A stretch of 64,000 bases of DNA, taken from positions 132,272 through 196,271 of the forward strand of contig MCFE01000049.1 of assembly GCA_002104905.1 (NCBI GenBank), given 5' to 3'. Positions 23,008 through 34,695 of the stretch are shown one piece after another (positions within the stretch are counted from its first letter, which is position 1; every line of letters starts with the position of its first letter). The DNA comes from Basidiobolus meristosporus CBS 931.73 (taxonomy: Eukaryota; Fungi; Basidiobolomycota). The notes below the pieces were generated by a model. It was not told the origin of the DNA. It did no database searches and was given only the letters and a program-made list of their open reading frames with translations. The translations under genes and the position numbers were made by a program.

Positions 23008-24050
23008 TTGGTGCTTGACTTTCTTAATTCTTCATCCAGGGGCCTTACATATATATAATTTTAGGTCAAATCTTTAGTTCTGTACTCTAAGGCTGATGCA
23101 AGGCCCTGAAACTTGCCATTCTGGCTATTCATGATGGTAACTAACATATCTTCATGTGTAGTTGGTATGCCCACAGATTCCATCTCATCCACCAGCAGGA
23201 GAATTCTGTTGATTAAATTTTTTATTTCTTCTCATGGCCGCATCATGGTGATAAAGGATCTTGTCTGATATACATTTTCTTAGCATCTCAACATGAATTG
23301 CATGTGCTCTCTAATGCCTTGTAAGCATTCTTTGCCATCTTTGTTCCTCAGCATCAAATTAGCAATTGGTCATTAACATTAAGGCAAATGCAGCTATAGG
23401 CACTCTGTTCTTTCTTCTAGTACTTTGAGGCTTCCTCTCCAGCAGTTTTAGGAGGGCATTCTCCTCCTACAATGATATTCCAAAGGCCTCTTTCTAGTAT
23501 CAGCACCTGAATCCTCACCTTTCACACTCAAAAGTTAGATCCATCAGGTTTTGAGTAGAGCAAAAAACTCCAGTGATAGAGGTTGTAGGCCCTGCAAAGA
23601 GCAACAGCTTGGGCACATAACCAGTTGTAAGAGTTTTGGAGATATTTGAAGTGATTGGGAGAGCAAGCAAATTTTGTAGTTTTAATTTAATGATTTATTA
23701 AATGCAAAAGTAGTATTTATACTTTTGCATGGTTTTGGTATAACAAGCATGTAAGATAGGCTTAGGAAGGTCTCAAGGGCCTGTGTACAAAGCACAGGTC
23801 CATATGAACAATTTTGAGAATTTTCATGTTCTGGGTACCTATTGTTTGAGAAGAATATCCTGAGTGAGTCCTAGCAAGGAATCTGGTCAGTATTCTCTAA
23901 GATTTGTAGGTAATGATCTAAGTGACCAAGTTAGGTGATCATTTAGGTGGAATTACCAATTTTTACACCACTCCCACTTGACTACAAGTAAATACTGACT
24001 AGTCCTAATTTTGACCTAAGCACATAGATATTAGACAGCACTTCACGCAT
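23008..24050 (-). mobile_element. Copia segment: pol 3' end, PPT, LTR (23623-23970), PBS, gag
   Basis: On the minus strand, ...AGGTCAAAATTAGGACTAGTCAGTA...CAAGTGGGAG precedes the LTR, and GGTTATGTGCCC plus gag sequence homologous to 9110-9715 follows it. Confidence 0.85.
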
Positions 24051-24089
24051 GCAGCTGTAGTAAATATCTTGGCTTAGTTTACTGCTTTA

Positions 24090-24544
24090 CAGCTAGAATG
24101 CTTGCAGACACACTAACCAAACCATAAGCTAGAGATAAATCTCAATATCTAAGGTCTAAATTAGCACTAGTCAGTATGAGCTTTTAGCAGAGTGAGAGTG
24201 ATGTAAAAGTTTGTAATACTGCATAAATAATCACCTAACTTAGTCACTTAGACCATAACATACTATTATACAGAATACTGACCAGATTCTTTGTCAGGAT
24301 TTACTTCAAATACCTCACCAAAACTACAGGTATGTGGAGATGAAGATTCCCAGAGTTGCCCAGGCAGACCAAAGCTTTGCACACAAGCGCTTGGGACCTT
24401 CCCAAGCCTATTCTACATGCTTGTTATGCCATGACAATGTAAAAATATAAATACTACTTCTACATTCCATGAATCATGAGGTGGAAACCACATAATCTCC
24501 TTGTACTCCAATCACTTCCAATATCTCCAAGATCCTTACAAAGA
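24090..24544 (+). mobile_element. Degenerate copia 3' end (RNase H tail, PPT, LTR 24199-~24544)
   Basis: GCAGACAC..ACCAAACCA..AGCTAGAGA...GCAGAGTGAGAG TGATGTAAAA aligns with 12985-13430. Confidence 0.8.
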
Positions 24545-24721
24545 AAAAGGGATAATAACTAATCAATATACAGAAATGTAGGAGGTGTTTGAGTGTTGGG
24601 GAGCAGAAAGTGAGGGAAATGGCAGAGAACCAACCAAAATCCACTTATTTAATGTTGTGATTAAAAATCTTGACCAAGTATTTTGCAAAATCTGAGGTGC
24701 AACTTTTTTTGATGGCTTAGG

Positions 24722-26490
24722 AAATACTAGGCTGATGGTACAGTTGAAAGTTACAAAGCAAGACTTGTGGCCAACAGATACTATCAAACAAAAGAACTTG
24801 ACTACACAGAGACCTTTGCACCGGCAGCCAAGTTTAATTCCATCAGATTAATTTTAGCTATTGCAGCCAAATATAAGTCTTTTATACATTAAATGGATGT
24901 AAAACTGCATTGTTGAATGGAGAACTTGATGAGGATATGTATATGGACCAGCCTGATGGGTTTGCTGACCAAGATGACCCCCATTTGGTCTGCAAGCTTA
25001 AAAAATCTCTATATGGACTCAAACAATATCCATGAGCCTGGGATTGCAACACAGTTTTTTATTTGGAATCTTTGAATTTCAAAAGGAGTAATGCTGGCTA
25101 TAATATATATTATAAGCCAAATAGAGCAATTGCAGCTCTATTAGCTCTCTATGTGGATGCTCTTATCATAGCTTCTAATAACCTAGACATGTTGGAAGAG
25201 CCTAAATTGAGCCTATCTAAAGAGTTCAAGATGTCCAATCTAGGAGTACTCAGCTACTACTTATGGATAAAGTTCTTCATAGACAGAAGTACCCAGACTA
25301 TCATCCTAAGCCAATCCAGGTATATTCAAGATATACTATAGAAGTATCATATGAAAGACTGTAAACTGGCAGCTACCATAATGGAGACAAGCTTCAACTT
25401 GGTCAAAACTTAACCAAATCAAGAAGGCTTGGTGCCATCTGAAAGCCCTTACTTTCCTTATCAGTCTATCAATGACAGCTGAATGTAAATTATGCATAGA
25501 ACACATCCAGATATTTCATATTCAGTGGGAGTTGCCAGCCAGCATAATCAGAACTATGGATCTGATCATATTGTAGCAGTTAGGCAAATTTTTAGTTACC
25601 TAAAAGAAACTGCTGAAATCTGCTTAAGGTACATCTATAAGGATTCAGAACAGGTTCTTGCAGGATACTCTGATGCTGATTGGGGACAAAATTTTGAAGA
25701 CAGATGATCCACCACAGTATACACCTTTCTTGACTGTCAAGGAGCAATTTCATGGAATTCAAAAAAGCAACCAACTGTAGCACTTTCTACCACAGAGACA
25801 GTGTATATGGCAGCCTGTGAAGCTACAAAAGAAGCAATGTGGTTAAGAAAACTCCTTACAGATTTAGGCCTATGTCAAAAAATGCCTATTACTTTATTTC
25901 AAGATAATCAAGGATGTATACAATTAGGTAGAAATCCAACTTTTCATGCTAGAACCAAGCACATAAATATTGGACATCACTTCATATGTGAAGCTATAGA
26001 GAATAACTTAATTAGCTTAGTTTACTGTCCTACAGATGAAATGATTGCAGACATATTTACCAAACCATTAGCTAGAGACAAGTTTGAATATCATAGGTCA
26101 AAATCAGGACTAGTCAGTATGAGCATTTAGCTGAGTGGGAGTGTTCTAAAAACTTGTAATTCCACTCAAATATTTACCTAACTTGATCACTTAGATCATT
26201 ACCTTCAAATCCTAGAAAATACTGACCAAATTCCTTGTTGAGATTTACTTTGAGAATTTTCATGTTCTGGGTGCCTGATAATTTGGAGAAAATATTCTAA
26301 GTTGTCCAAACAGTCCCAAACTTTGTTTACAAGCTCTTGGGATCTTCCTAAACCTATTTTATGTGTTTGTTATGCCAAGACCATGTGAAATTATAACTAC
26401 TACCTTTACATTCAATAAATCATTAAGTGAAAACCACATAATCTACTTGTTCTCCCAATCACTTCCAATATCTCCAAGACTCTTACAACA
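24722..26490 (+). mobile_element. 5'-truncated copia (RT-RNase H, PPT, 3' LTR 26142-26490)
   Basis: Aligns with 11660-13430; ORFs 25063-25341, 25492-25707 and 25801-26130 translate to copia RT/RNase H. Confidence 0.92.
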
Positions 26491-26998
26491 CTTCTGCTAC
26501 GACAATATCTTAAAGGCCTCTTTCTTGTAGCAGCATCTTCATCTTCACCTTCCAGAATTTGTAACCAGATCCACCCAACCTTTCAGCCAAGGGAAAGATT
26601 CCAGTAATAGCAGTAGCGGACATTCCAGGGAGTGATAACTTGGGGCTCATAACCTGTTGTAAGAGGTTTGATGATGTTGCATGTGATTGGGAGAGCAAGT
26701 AGATTAAGCAGTTCTCACTTGATGATTTATTGAATGTAAAAGTAGTAGTTATACTTTTACAAGGTCTTGGCCAGACAAACACATAGAATAGGTTTGGAAA
26801 GGTCTCAAGAGCATGTGTGGAAAGTTTGGGGCCGCTTGGACTTCTTGTCAATATTTCATGTAATGGGTACCTGATATTTTGATGAAAATATTTCAAGTCC
26901 CAACAAGGAATTTGGTCAGAATTCTCCACGATTTGTAGACTATAATCTAAGAGACTAAGTTGGGCGAATATTTAGGTATAATTACAAATTTTACAACA
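26491..26998 (-). mobile_element. Copia 5' end (LTR 26655-26998, PBS 26642-26654, gag start); right border of the TE nest
   Basis: ORF 26510-26929 ends GIFPLAERLGGSGYKFWKVKMKMLLQERGL, matching copia gag; the LTR has TG...CA termini. Confidence 0.9.
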
Positions 26999-28002
26999 AG
27001 GAGTCCAAATCGCATGTGGCTTATTTCCAAGTAAGAAGAAGGATTGCAAAAGGAGAACTGGGAGGTATATCTTGAGTAAGCAGGGCACTCCACGCCCCAG
27101 GGTTTGCATTGACCGCGGTAGGGGATCGTTGGACTTTTCATGGAGAGTGTGTATGGGAATCGCCTCACTTTCCACCTCAAGGGTCGGTTAATGATCACTG
27201 GAGGCTGGGGGATTCGGGGATTGGTGCCGTTTGCAGAGATCATTGTATAGGGGAATGGAAGTACATGAAAATCACTATGGTACCATAGCTCGGAAACGCC
27301 GGCAAGTGATAGGTTTGGTTCTGTAAGGTATTAAAAACCATCTGTCGTCGTGACCTGTGAGCTCTCTGGTACACCACATTACGAGCTGGAAGGAAATATC
27401 TGTATGTATCTTCAACATACATTCCAGGCAACACGCGCATAATTCCGAACACGAACACTGAAGCACCGGGGAGTTGCAGGTACACCCCCAGTGCCGACTA
27501 ACCACAGTAGCAATTCGCTAGAGTAGGTATTGATGGGCCATGTTATCACCAGTCAGGGCTGGCGTGCTTGGCTCACGAGATGTTCGTGAGATTGGCCTGG
27601 CTTATGGCACATAGGGTGATACGAGATTCCTACTTGGAGTTGCCACGCACCCCCACCACTTCAAGCAGACGCCCGCAGTCAACACTTCAGGACTGGCAAA
27701 CACAGAGCCGGTAGGAAAGAACATGCAACATTTATTAGGCACTACTGATCCGGCGATGGTTGACACAAAAGAGATATCTTACATAATGGGACATGGGACA
27801 TATCTAGATAGGATAGCATTGGGATAGAAGAATAAGCCAAGGGCGGGGGTGGGGTGGGGAGAGAGAATTAGCCTCCCAAGGCCGAAGGGGAAGGAGAGAA
27901 CTATTCAGACCACGGTATAATACATATTTAAGAGGATCACGGTCATTGCTCCACCAGGAATGTCCTGGCATGGGAAGGCGTGCTGTGGAGGAGCTCGACG
28001 GA

Positions 28003-28983
28003 TCAGATCTCGATGTGGATCCCCGGTCGAACCTTCTGTATCTGCTCTTGGATGTATATGGTGTCCACGCGCGGGCAGTTCTCAACCACCAGCACTTGGA
28101 GATTGGGCAGCTGGGTTGACCAGTCGATGCATTCGTTCATCATGGAGCCAGTCAGCCAGAGCACATTGGAGATGTTGAGCCATTGGAGGTTGGTTAGATA
28201 GCTAGCGATTTCATGCAGAACCTTCCTCCCATAGAGCCTGTCGAAGCAGCCAGAGATATTTAGGTGGGTCAGCTTGCGCAAGTGCCGTTGCAGCAACGGC
28301 AGAAACCAAGGGGCCTGGATGTTGCTGTAGGAGATGTTCAGATGCAACAGATCCGTAGGAATAGTCGAGCTCCTCATGTTGTGGAAGAAGGCACCCAGCA
28401 GCTCGCTGCTGATGTGTCCTTTGCATAGACTTAGGTTCTGGTAGCCGGTGTCGAAGAAAAGCCGCAGGGTCTCGTCGTTCACCTCGCCGAGCTTACTCAC
28501 TTGGATCAGAAGGCGTTCTTTGAGGTGCAAGGGCAGGGCCATGATCAACGCCCGGTTCTCGTAGATGTAGGAGTGGATGTCCTTGGCGATGATCTTACAG
28601 CACCATTTGATCAGTGGCTTCGGCGTAGCGGGTCTACGTCGGTTTGCTAGAGATGGATCACAAGGTGGTTAACAACGATCCGCAAAGAACACACGCGCAA
28701 GATTACTTTTGTGGTGCAGTTTCTCAAGCCTCCTCCATTTGGGCATGCATACAGGCCCGTTCAGAATTCGCATGGCCTGCTCCACCGCTTCCAAACACTC
28801 CGCCCCACTAATATGCGCATCATATCTAGTATTGAGGAACCAGGATGGATTAAGAACCCCGGTCCGAGGCAGCTTCGATATGGGCTCAAGGCCAGCTACG
28901 CTTTCAGGCCTTAAAAGCTGAAGTGCCAACGATGGAGCATTGTACAAGCCAACAGGTATATTTAACAACTGTTCTTTACCCAT
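28003..28983 (-). CDS. RNI-like leucine-rich-repeat protein (~310 aa; exons 28983-28695 and 28646-28003)
   Basis: Two ORFs in the same frame, with the intervening TAA inside a 48-nt intron (GTGTGT...TTAAC...CTAG, 28694-28647). LRR motifs LLHLNISYS, LTHLNISGC, LQWLNISN, LQVLVVENCPRV, preceded by PKPLIKWCCKIIA. Further 5' exons are not excluded. Confidence 0.7.
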
Positions 28984-30440
28984 ATCAACTTCTAGATGAT
29001 TTCATATGATACGAGGTTAACATGGATTGAGAAGAGTGGAAGCACGATGCAAAGGCAAGAACATGAGTTCCAGGTATATTTAATGTTGTATCGCTTTGAT
29101 TGACACTGATGCCTTTACATCAACAATGACTCTGGGGAAAGTGAAAAGGACGAACCTCAAGATATGTATTTAGGGTGGCAAAGAATTCGAGCACAAGAGA
29201 CAGAAAGGAGATGATAGGTGGTCAGTGGGAAAGAGCGGTTAATATAGGAAATGGGTGATGGTCTGGTCACCAATGCTTCCATATCAAACGTTTTCACAGT
29301 CAAGGCTATGATTCGATGGCACGGTGGAGTAGGGGGTTGGATTTCTCAACACCCCTGATGAATAAACCCGCTGCTACTTGGCCATCATAGTGCTCCAAAC
29401 AAATATGAGCTTTCGACCCTTCGTAATACATATGCCTACATGCTTCAATCAAAAACACCTGACTGATCTTGTGATCCGCCGATCATCGATGCTGTATCGA
29501 AGCTTTGGTGCCGATAGCTGGAGTCCAGCTGAGAGAGAGGCGCCGATCGATGTTGGATCGAAACCGCTGATACCATAATTGGAAGATACGGATGGTCAGA
29601 GGCTTTTTAGAGTGGTTTGCCACTAGATATTCTGTGTCATGTAGCCAATGGGAGCTGCGAGACAGGCCAAGTCCAGCTTGTGATAGAGGTTTTGGAGGTT
29701 GCCGATGCCCATTTTGATCCAGTCTGCGTGCCCGACCAATGCGCATTACAGGGATTCGGCAGAACGACGAGGCTGCACTATATTCGCAAGAGATGGTCTG
29801 CTAAGTCACTGCGTTGGTGACAATCCAACAAGCTAGTCGTGACATGGGTATTGGGAGGATCTCTGTTGGTCATACAGCATCCGGGCTTGTCATCCAAGGT
29901 GGTTTTCATTAGATCCGCTCTTAGATTGTTGGGCAGTGATTAACAGTAGCGATTGTTGTACAGATGTGACACGTCCAATAACTGATCCGAACAGGATACG
30001 GATTCTAATTATGTAATAATACGGGTCAGCCTGAGTAAGATTCACTTGCTCTTTACCCATCTCGATGCCCTCCATCAAGCCAGAGTACTCAAATCCTGGA
30101 ATATGCAATCCAGCTTCTCCGGCAGTCATCCTCCTGATATCTACTTGGGCAGTCTAATTGCTCAACAGCCCAACTGGAAACCGGCTTCGAATCTATGGCT
30201 TCCTGATACCCAACTCGGTTTTCCCCATCACTCACAAAACGCACTATTCACGGTCTACTGAAAATGTTCGGCAAATGTTGGTCCTTAGCGTTGAGCTGAA
30301 ACCCGCAGCAGTAGCAAGCGCCACTTAGGAGAGCCAATTCTACTGCAAATGGAAGCGGCAAAAGCTGCACTGGCTGATATATATGTCATTAGATGTTTAC
30401 ACTGTGAACCGAAGCTAAACTTGGGGTAGCCACCCTTCCA

Positions 30441-30458
30441 TTAGCCCTAACCCTAAGT
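30441..30458 (+). promoter_or_regulatory. Telomere-like motif TTAGCCCTAACCCTAAGT (candidate Tbf1/telobox site)
   Basis: An exact 18-bp copy recurs at 57377-57394 and contains (CCCTAA)2. Function is inferred. Confidence 0.45.
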
Positions 30459-30860
30459 GCGATAGTTCTTGCTTGTGTCCCCAGCTACAAACGCTGTGTA
30501 TATCTTTGTGAAGCATATGGAAGGAGGCATTCCATTCTGAACATCCACTTTGCCGAGGAGATCCTCTAAATGTTCGTGTACAGCAAGAAAAACCACGATC
30601 CTGCGGTGGCTCTACTTGTTTCCCTAGCCAGTCTCGAACCTAGCATATCAGTAGCAGAATGGCCTGCATATCCATCCGGCCGGTAAAATAAGGGAAAGTC
30701 CAGCATATTCATTCAATAGTCCATTTATTCCAAAAGCGCCGAAGTTAAACGGAGGTGGGAAGAATCACTATACAAGGAAACAACAAACTTCAACCCAACA
30801 AAATACGATAGAGATACAAGATTTAATATGTATATGGAATATATGCGGCCAAGAAAACAC

Positions 30861-32033
30861 TCAAAGATGAGTGGTCTCCAAAATTTGGCCGAGTTGTTCT
30901 AAAGCCGGTGACGAATCCTTTGATTCGTAAGCAACCTCATCCGTGGCAACGACGAACCCCTCCTGTTAACGACTCATGGTTAAGGAAAACCTGGTGCGAT
31001 GAGAGAGGGACAATTCACTTACTTCGGTTCCATACAACACACTCTTGATACGCTCGGCTAGCTGCTTAGCAGCCATGTCTTTGGGGATGTCTTGACTAAT
31101 TATGAACTCCACTTCACGTAATTTGTTGTAGTAAAAATCCCGCTCGCGCTCAAACTGATCCATGTGATTCCGCGCGTCCATCAGCTCCTTTTGCAATTTC
31201 TCCGAAGAGTCGTCAGTAAGAGAGGGTGAGGGTGTACTTGGCCATCCATTAGAGGATTGGGAATGACCTCTTGAACGGCTTGCGCTGCCCTGAACCCCAT
31301 TTGGCTTTTTGTCTATCGATTGGCGACTAGAGGTTCGATGTGCGGAGTGGCCTTGCTTATCAGAATCTGTACAGACGATAAGCTGAGGAAGTGACCGACA
31401 GCAAACAGTGAACTTACCACCAGGTGTAAGGGAGCGGTTGGAGATGTTAGAGATCCGACGGGAAAGGTTCTTCGGAGTCGACTCCAGCTTTCTTCGTGCC
31501 TCTGGGTCGTATTCCCCCGAGTATTGGGATTGATGGAACTTTTTCAGCCACTGGATAAACTCCAGGTTATCTTGGAAGCGGCATTTAGAAAGCTTGTCTA
31601 CAGGTATCCTCTAAAAACAAGAACTGTTGGTTGGTAACCAGCACAACACGCAGGTGAGAAACCCAGAGCTATTACTTTATCGATCTCATGTTTGGCAAAA
31701 GCATTCTGCAGGATCTTGAAGTTCCAGGAGATTTCATAATCGTTGTTGGTGTCGAACTTGACGCGATGCATAGGTATGTCACCTATTCCGAGCGGTGAGC
31801 AAAACTAGACAATTCGTTGGACAATCTCACATGGCTATGCTTACCATAAAGAGAGTCGAGGATTTGGCAATATGCGGCACCTGAGTATTCCGGCAATACG
31901 GGTGAATTAAAGTCAAGAGGCAAAGGGTGAACAAACAGGCCTTACCAATCCCAAGCTGCTCCACTTTGGTGTAGTTCAGTTTGAGTAGATCATTCAACCA
32001 GTTGAGAATGTCAGATTTACTTTCGCCAAGCAT
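30861..32033 (-). CDS. BIM1: EB1-family microtubule plus-end tracking protein (Bim1/Mal3), 6 exons
   Basis: Exons 32033-31946, 31880-31845, 31782-31676, 31610-31418, 31366-31023 and 30962-30861 splice in frame with GT-AG. CH domain [39 protein letters not shown]...[12 protein letters not shown]; EBH motif [15 protein letters not shown]. Confidence 0.95.
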
Positions 32034-32664
32034 TGTAGAAAAGCGCAGAAAAGATACGTGCGAACACAGAGAGTTCCTGGTGGTGAGGATAAAAGTCAAT
32101 AGAACAGTCCAGCAATGTGTTTGTTGTGTGGACAGTTATATATTTCACGGACGATGGACACCTCAAGCAAATCAATTTGATTTGTTTTCGAAATTGAAAT
32201 CCTTTTTCCAAACCATCAGATCAATAAACAAAGTACAGCCCAATTCCTGTCTATTGAGTTAAGCAACTTCTTATTCATAATCCAATGTATCCGTCAAGGT
32301 CGAGATGAGCCTTCCACATCCTCATCAGGGAATATTTTTGTGATACAAACAGCTCTTTCATCCTCTCCTTGGCACATCACCAGGAGTGACACCGCATTGT
32401 TTAAAGCCAGTTCATGGACTGCGATTGAACATTGATGAGTGTTTCCGTTTAATTAAACTACGCGCGGCCGATGGAACAATGCTCGAACATGTTTCATGGC
32501 CTGCATTTTGGCGAGAGACACCCAGGTTGAACCAATAAATTTGCATTTTATTTCTATACATTACACATCAAGGTTGCTTAATACTCTACAGAATTGGAAT
32601 TCACATCAGCTCGATGGGGTAGTCGTCAGCAGGGTGAGGAAAGTCAGTGGCCACAGATCAGTGC

Positions 32665-34695
32665 TTAGTACAATGCCTCAATCTTCTCCTTGTAGCGATC
32701 AACTATCTCCTTGCGCTTCAATTTCTGGGCCGCAGTAAGCAATCCATTTTCACTGGTCCAGTCTTCGTCACAAATGAAGACATCATGCAACATCTCTGCA
32801 GATGCGAAGTTGCTCTTTTTCCCGATACTGTTCATATCCTGTAGGAGGGCCTTCTTCACCTGCTCGTTTTCAGCAAGTTCGTGACGGTCCAGAGTTTCAG
32901 CATCTGAGACGCCCTGCTGCTTGGCAAGATCTCTCAACTTGTTCTCGGCGCAGACAACTATTCCAACTGGTCTACTCTTGAACGAATCGGCGTACAAACA
33001 GATGTTGTCGGCGTATGCGGATGTTTTGTAGTGCGATTCGAGCTTCTCCAGTGCGATGTACTCGCCATTGGAGAGCTTGACCAAGTTCTTCTTGCGGTCG
33101 ATGATGCCCAAGGTACCGTCAGGCAGCCATTGGCCGATATCACCAGTCATCAGCCAACCATCCTCAGTGAGAACTTCCTTGGTCAGCTTTTCGTTCTTGA
33201 AATAGCCTTGCATCACAGCAGGGCCACGGACCCACACCTCACCCTGAGGAGGATCGTTGGTTGAACGGTAGTCGGTTTCATCAACATCCACCAACTTGAT
33301 TTCGCAGCAGGGGACTGGGGGGCCGTTGGACTTCTCGGAGGTGATCTCCGGGCTCATGAAGGTAGCCATAGCGGTGGCTTCAGTCATTCCGTAGCCCTGA
33401 ATAATTGGGCAGATGCATGTGTTGAGGAACTGTTGTGTGTCGGGAGCAATTGGAGCACCACCAGAGAGTGCGAATCTAAGACGGCCACCAGTTGCCTCCT
33501 TGATCTTGTTGAACACAACGGTATCAAGGATGCCAGTAGGAACACCGTAGTAGTTCAGGAAAGATTTGTTGCGGAGGGCAAGATCAAACATGATCTGGGT
33601 GATTTTTCCTGATCCTTGGACTTGAGACATGACTCCCTTGCGAATAGACTCCCACACTGCAGGAACTCCGCACATGACAGTGGGCTTCAATTCCCTCAGA
33701 TCGCCCTTGCACTTGCGCACAGAGGCGTCGGTCAAAGTACGGGGATTACCGTACCCCATAGGTAAACCCAAGAACATGGCGTAGTTCTCGACAAGGAACT
33801 CGAGAATATGGGCCAAGGGAAGGTAGGTGATGAGAAGGTCACTCTCAGGCTCCAGGAATTTGTTGATGAACTTGTCGACCCCGGCCAGCGCGGCAACGAT
33901 ATTGGCGTGGCTGAGCATTACACCCTTGGGATTACCGGTGCTGCCGGAAGTATACATGATACAAGCAAGGTCCTCGGGCTTAGGGAGGGTGCGCTCAGCT
34001 GAGTTGTCGGCGCCCAACTGTCTGATTTCTTCGAATGTATGGACTCCGAGCTTGGACTTCAAAGATTGTGTCAAAGCCTCCTTGGCCTCATCCATGTAAA
34101 TTACATGCTTCAGAGATGGAACATCGTCAGCAATACCCTCGATCACTTTGAGAAGTTCGGCAGTGGTGAAGATGACTGAAATCTCGCCCTCATTGAGAGC
34201 GTGCTTCAGTCCATCGGCCCCAAGGGTTTCATAGGCAGTGACGATGGTAAGGTTTTGAGAGAAACAGGCTTGTGACATCATGATCCATTCAGGGGAAGTC
34301 TTGGAAAAGATAGTCACCTTATCACCCGGGGTGAGGTCTAGCTTCAATAGACCACAGCCGAGCTCTCTGGAAATGCGCTCGACATCGGCATAGGTATGCC
34401 ACTGGTATTCGCTAAGCTGGAAATATCTCCATGTCTTCTTCTCCTTCTTCTCCTTGCCGGCGACCACCTTGGTGATCTCCTTCTCCTCCTCGATGATGTC
34501 GACAACCTTTCTGTAGCCAAGCGCCTTTCTATCGGCCTTGTTTTTTACAAGGTAGGGAAGAAGGTCGGCCAAGGTTTTGATGTCAGGGTGTGGGCTGGTA
34601 GTAAACTCCTCGGGCGAGAGAACGTTACGACGGGCGCGAGTAGCATTGTCAGGCTTTTCAGGCCCTACTTCCACAGAGAATTGCTTTTGGGACAT
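32665..34695 (-). CDS. FAA1: Long-chain fatty acyl-CoA synthetase (Faa1/Faa4/Lcf1-like), intronless, 676 aa
   Basis: AMP-binding motif IMYTSGSTGNPKGV, YLPLAHILE, QGYGMTE, GWLMTGDIG, IIDRKKNLVKLSNGEYIALEKLE. Confidence 0.97.
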   Translation of the reverse strand: MSQKQFSVEVGPEKPDNATRARRNVLSPEEFTTSPHPDIKTLADLLPYLVKNKADRKALGYRKVVDIIEEEKEITKVVAGKEKKEKKTWRYFQLSEYQWHTYADVERISRELGCGLLKLDLTPGDKVTIFSKTSPEWIMMSQACFSQNLTIVTAYETLGADGLKHALNEGEISVIFTTAELLKVIEGIADDVPSLKHVIYMDEAKEALTQSLKSKLGVHTFEEIRQLGADNSAERTLPKPEDLACIMYTSGSTGNPKGVMLSHANIVAALAGVDKFINKFLEPESDLLITYLPLAHILEFLVENYAMFLGLPMGYGNPRTLTDASVRKCKGDLRELKPTVMCGVPAVWESIRKGVMSQVQGSGKITQIMFDLALRNKSFLNYYGVPTGILDTVVFNKIKEATGGRLRFALSGGAPIAPDTQQFLNTCICPIIQGYGMTEATAMATFMSPEITSEKSNGPPVPCCEIKLVDVDETDYRSTNDPPQGEVWVRGPAVMQGYFKNEKLTKEVLTEDGWLMTGDIGQWLPDGTLGIIDRKKNLVKLSNGEYIALEKLESHYKTSAYADNICLYADSFKSRPVGIVVCAENKLRDLAKQQGVSDAETLDRHELAENEQVKKALLQDMNSIGKKSNFASAEMLHDVFICDEDWTSENGLLTAAQKLKRKEIVDRYKEKIEALY

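Noticed and set aside
927-26929. Short track ORFs inside LTRs (e.g. 927-1199, 5938-6231, 13303-13581, 14038-14424, 16847-17032) as genes
   Set aside because: They recur only because the LTRs are repeated and are incidental frames in non-coding LTR DNA.
1-27000. Classical Neurospora-type RIP as the cause of TE decay
   Set aside because: CA/TG dinucleotides are abundant and CG is what is lost, which fits CpG-methylation deamination rather than CpA-to-TpA RIP.
30040-30066. MGKEQ coding stretch (ATGGGTAAAGA.CA) repeated upstream of the LRR gene start at 28983
   Set aside because: Similarity is limited to about 15 nt with none on either side, so an exon duplication is not supported.
29483-30129. 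Track ORFs 29483-29746 and 29890-30129 as 5' exons of the LRR gene
   Set aside because: I found no in-frame splice path to the 28991 acceptor, the intervening DNA looks like pyrimidine-rich promoter/UTR, and no motifs are recognisable.
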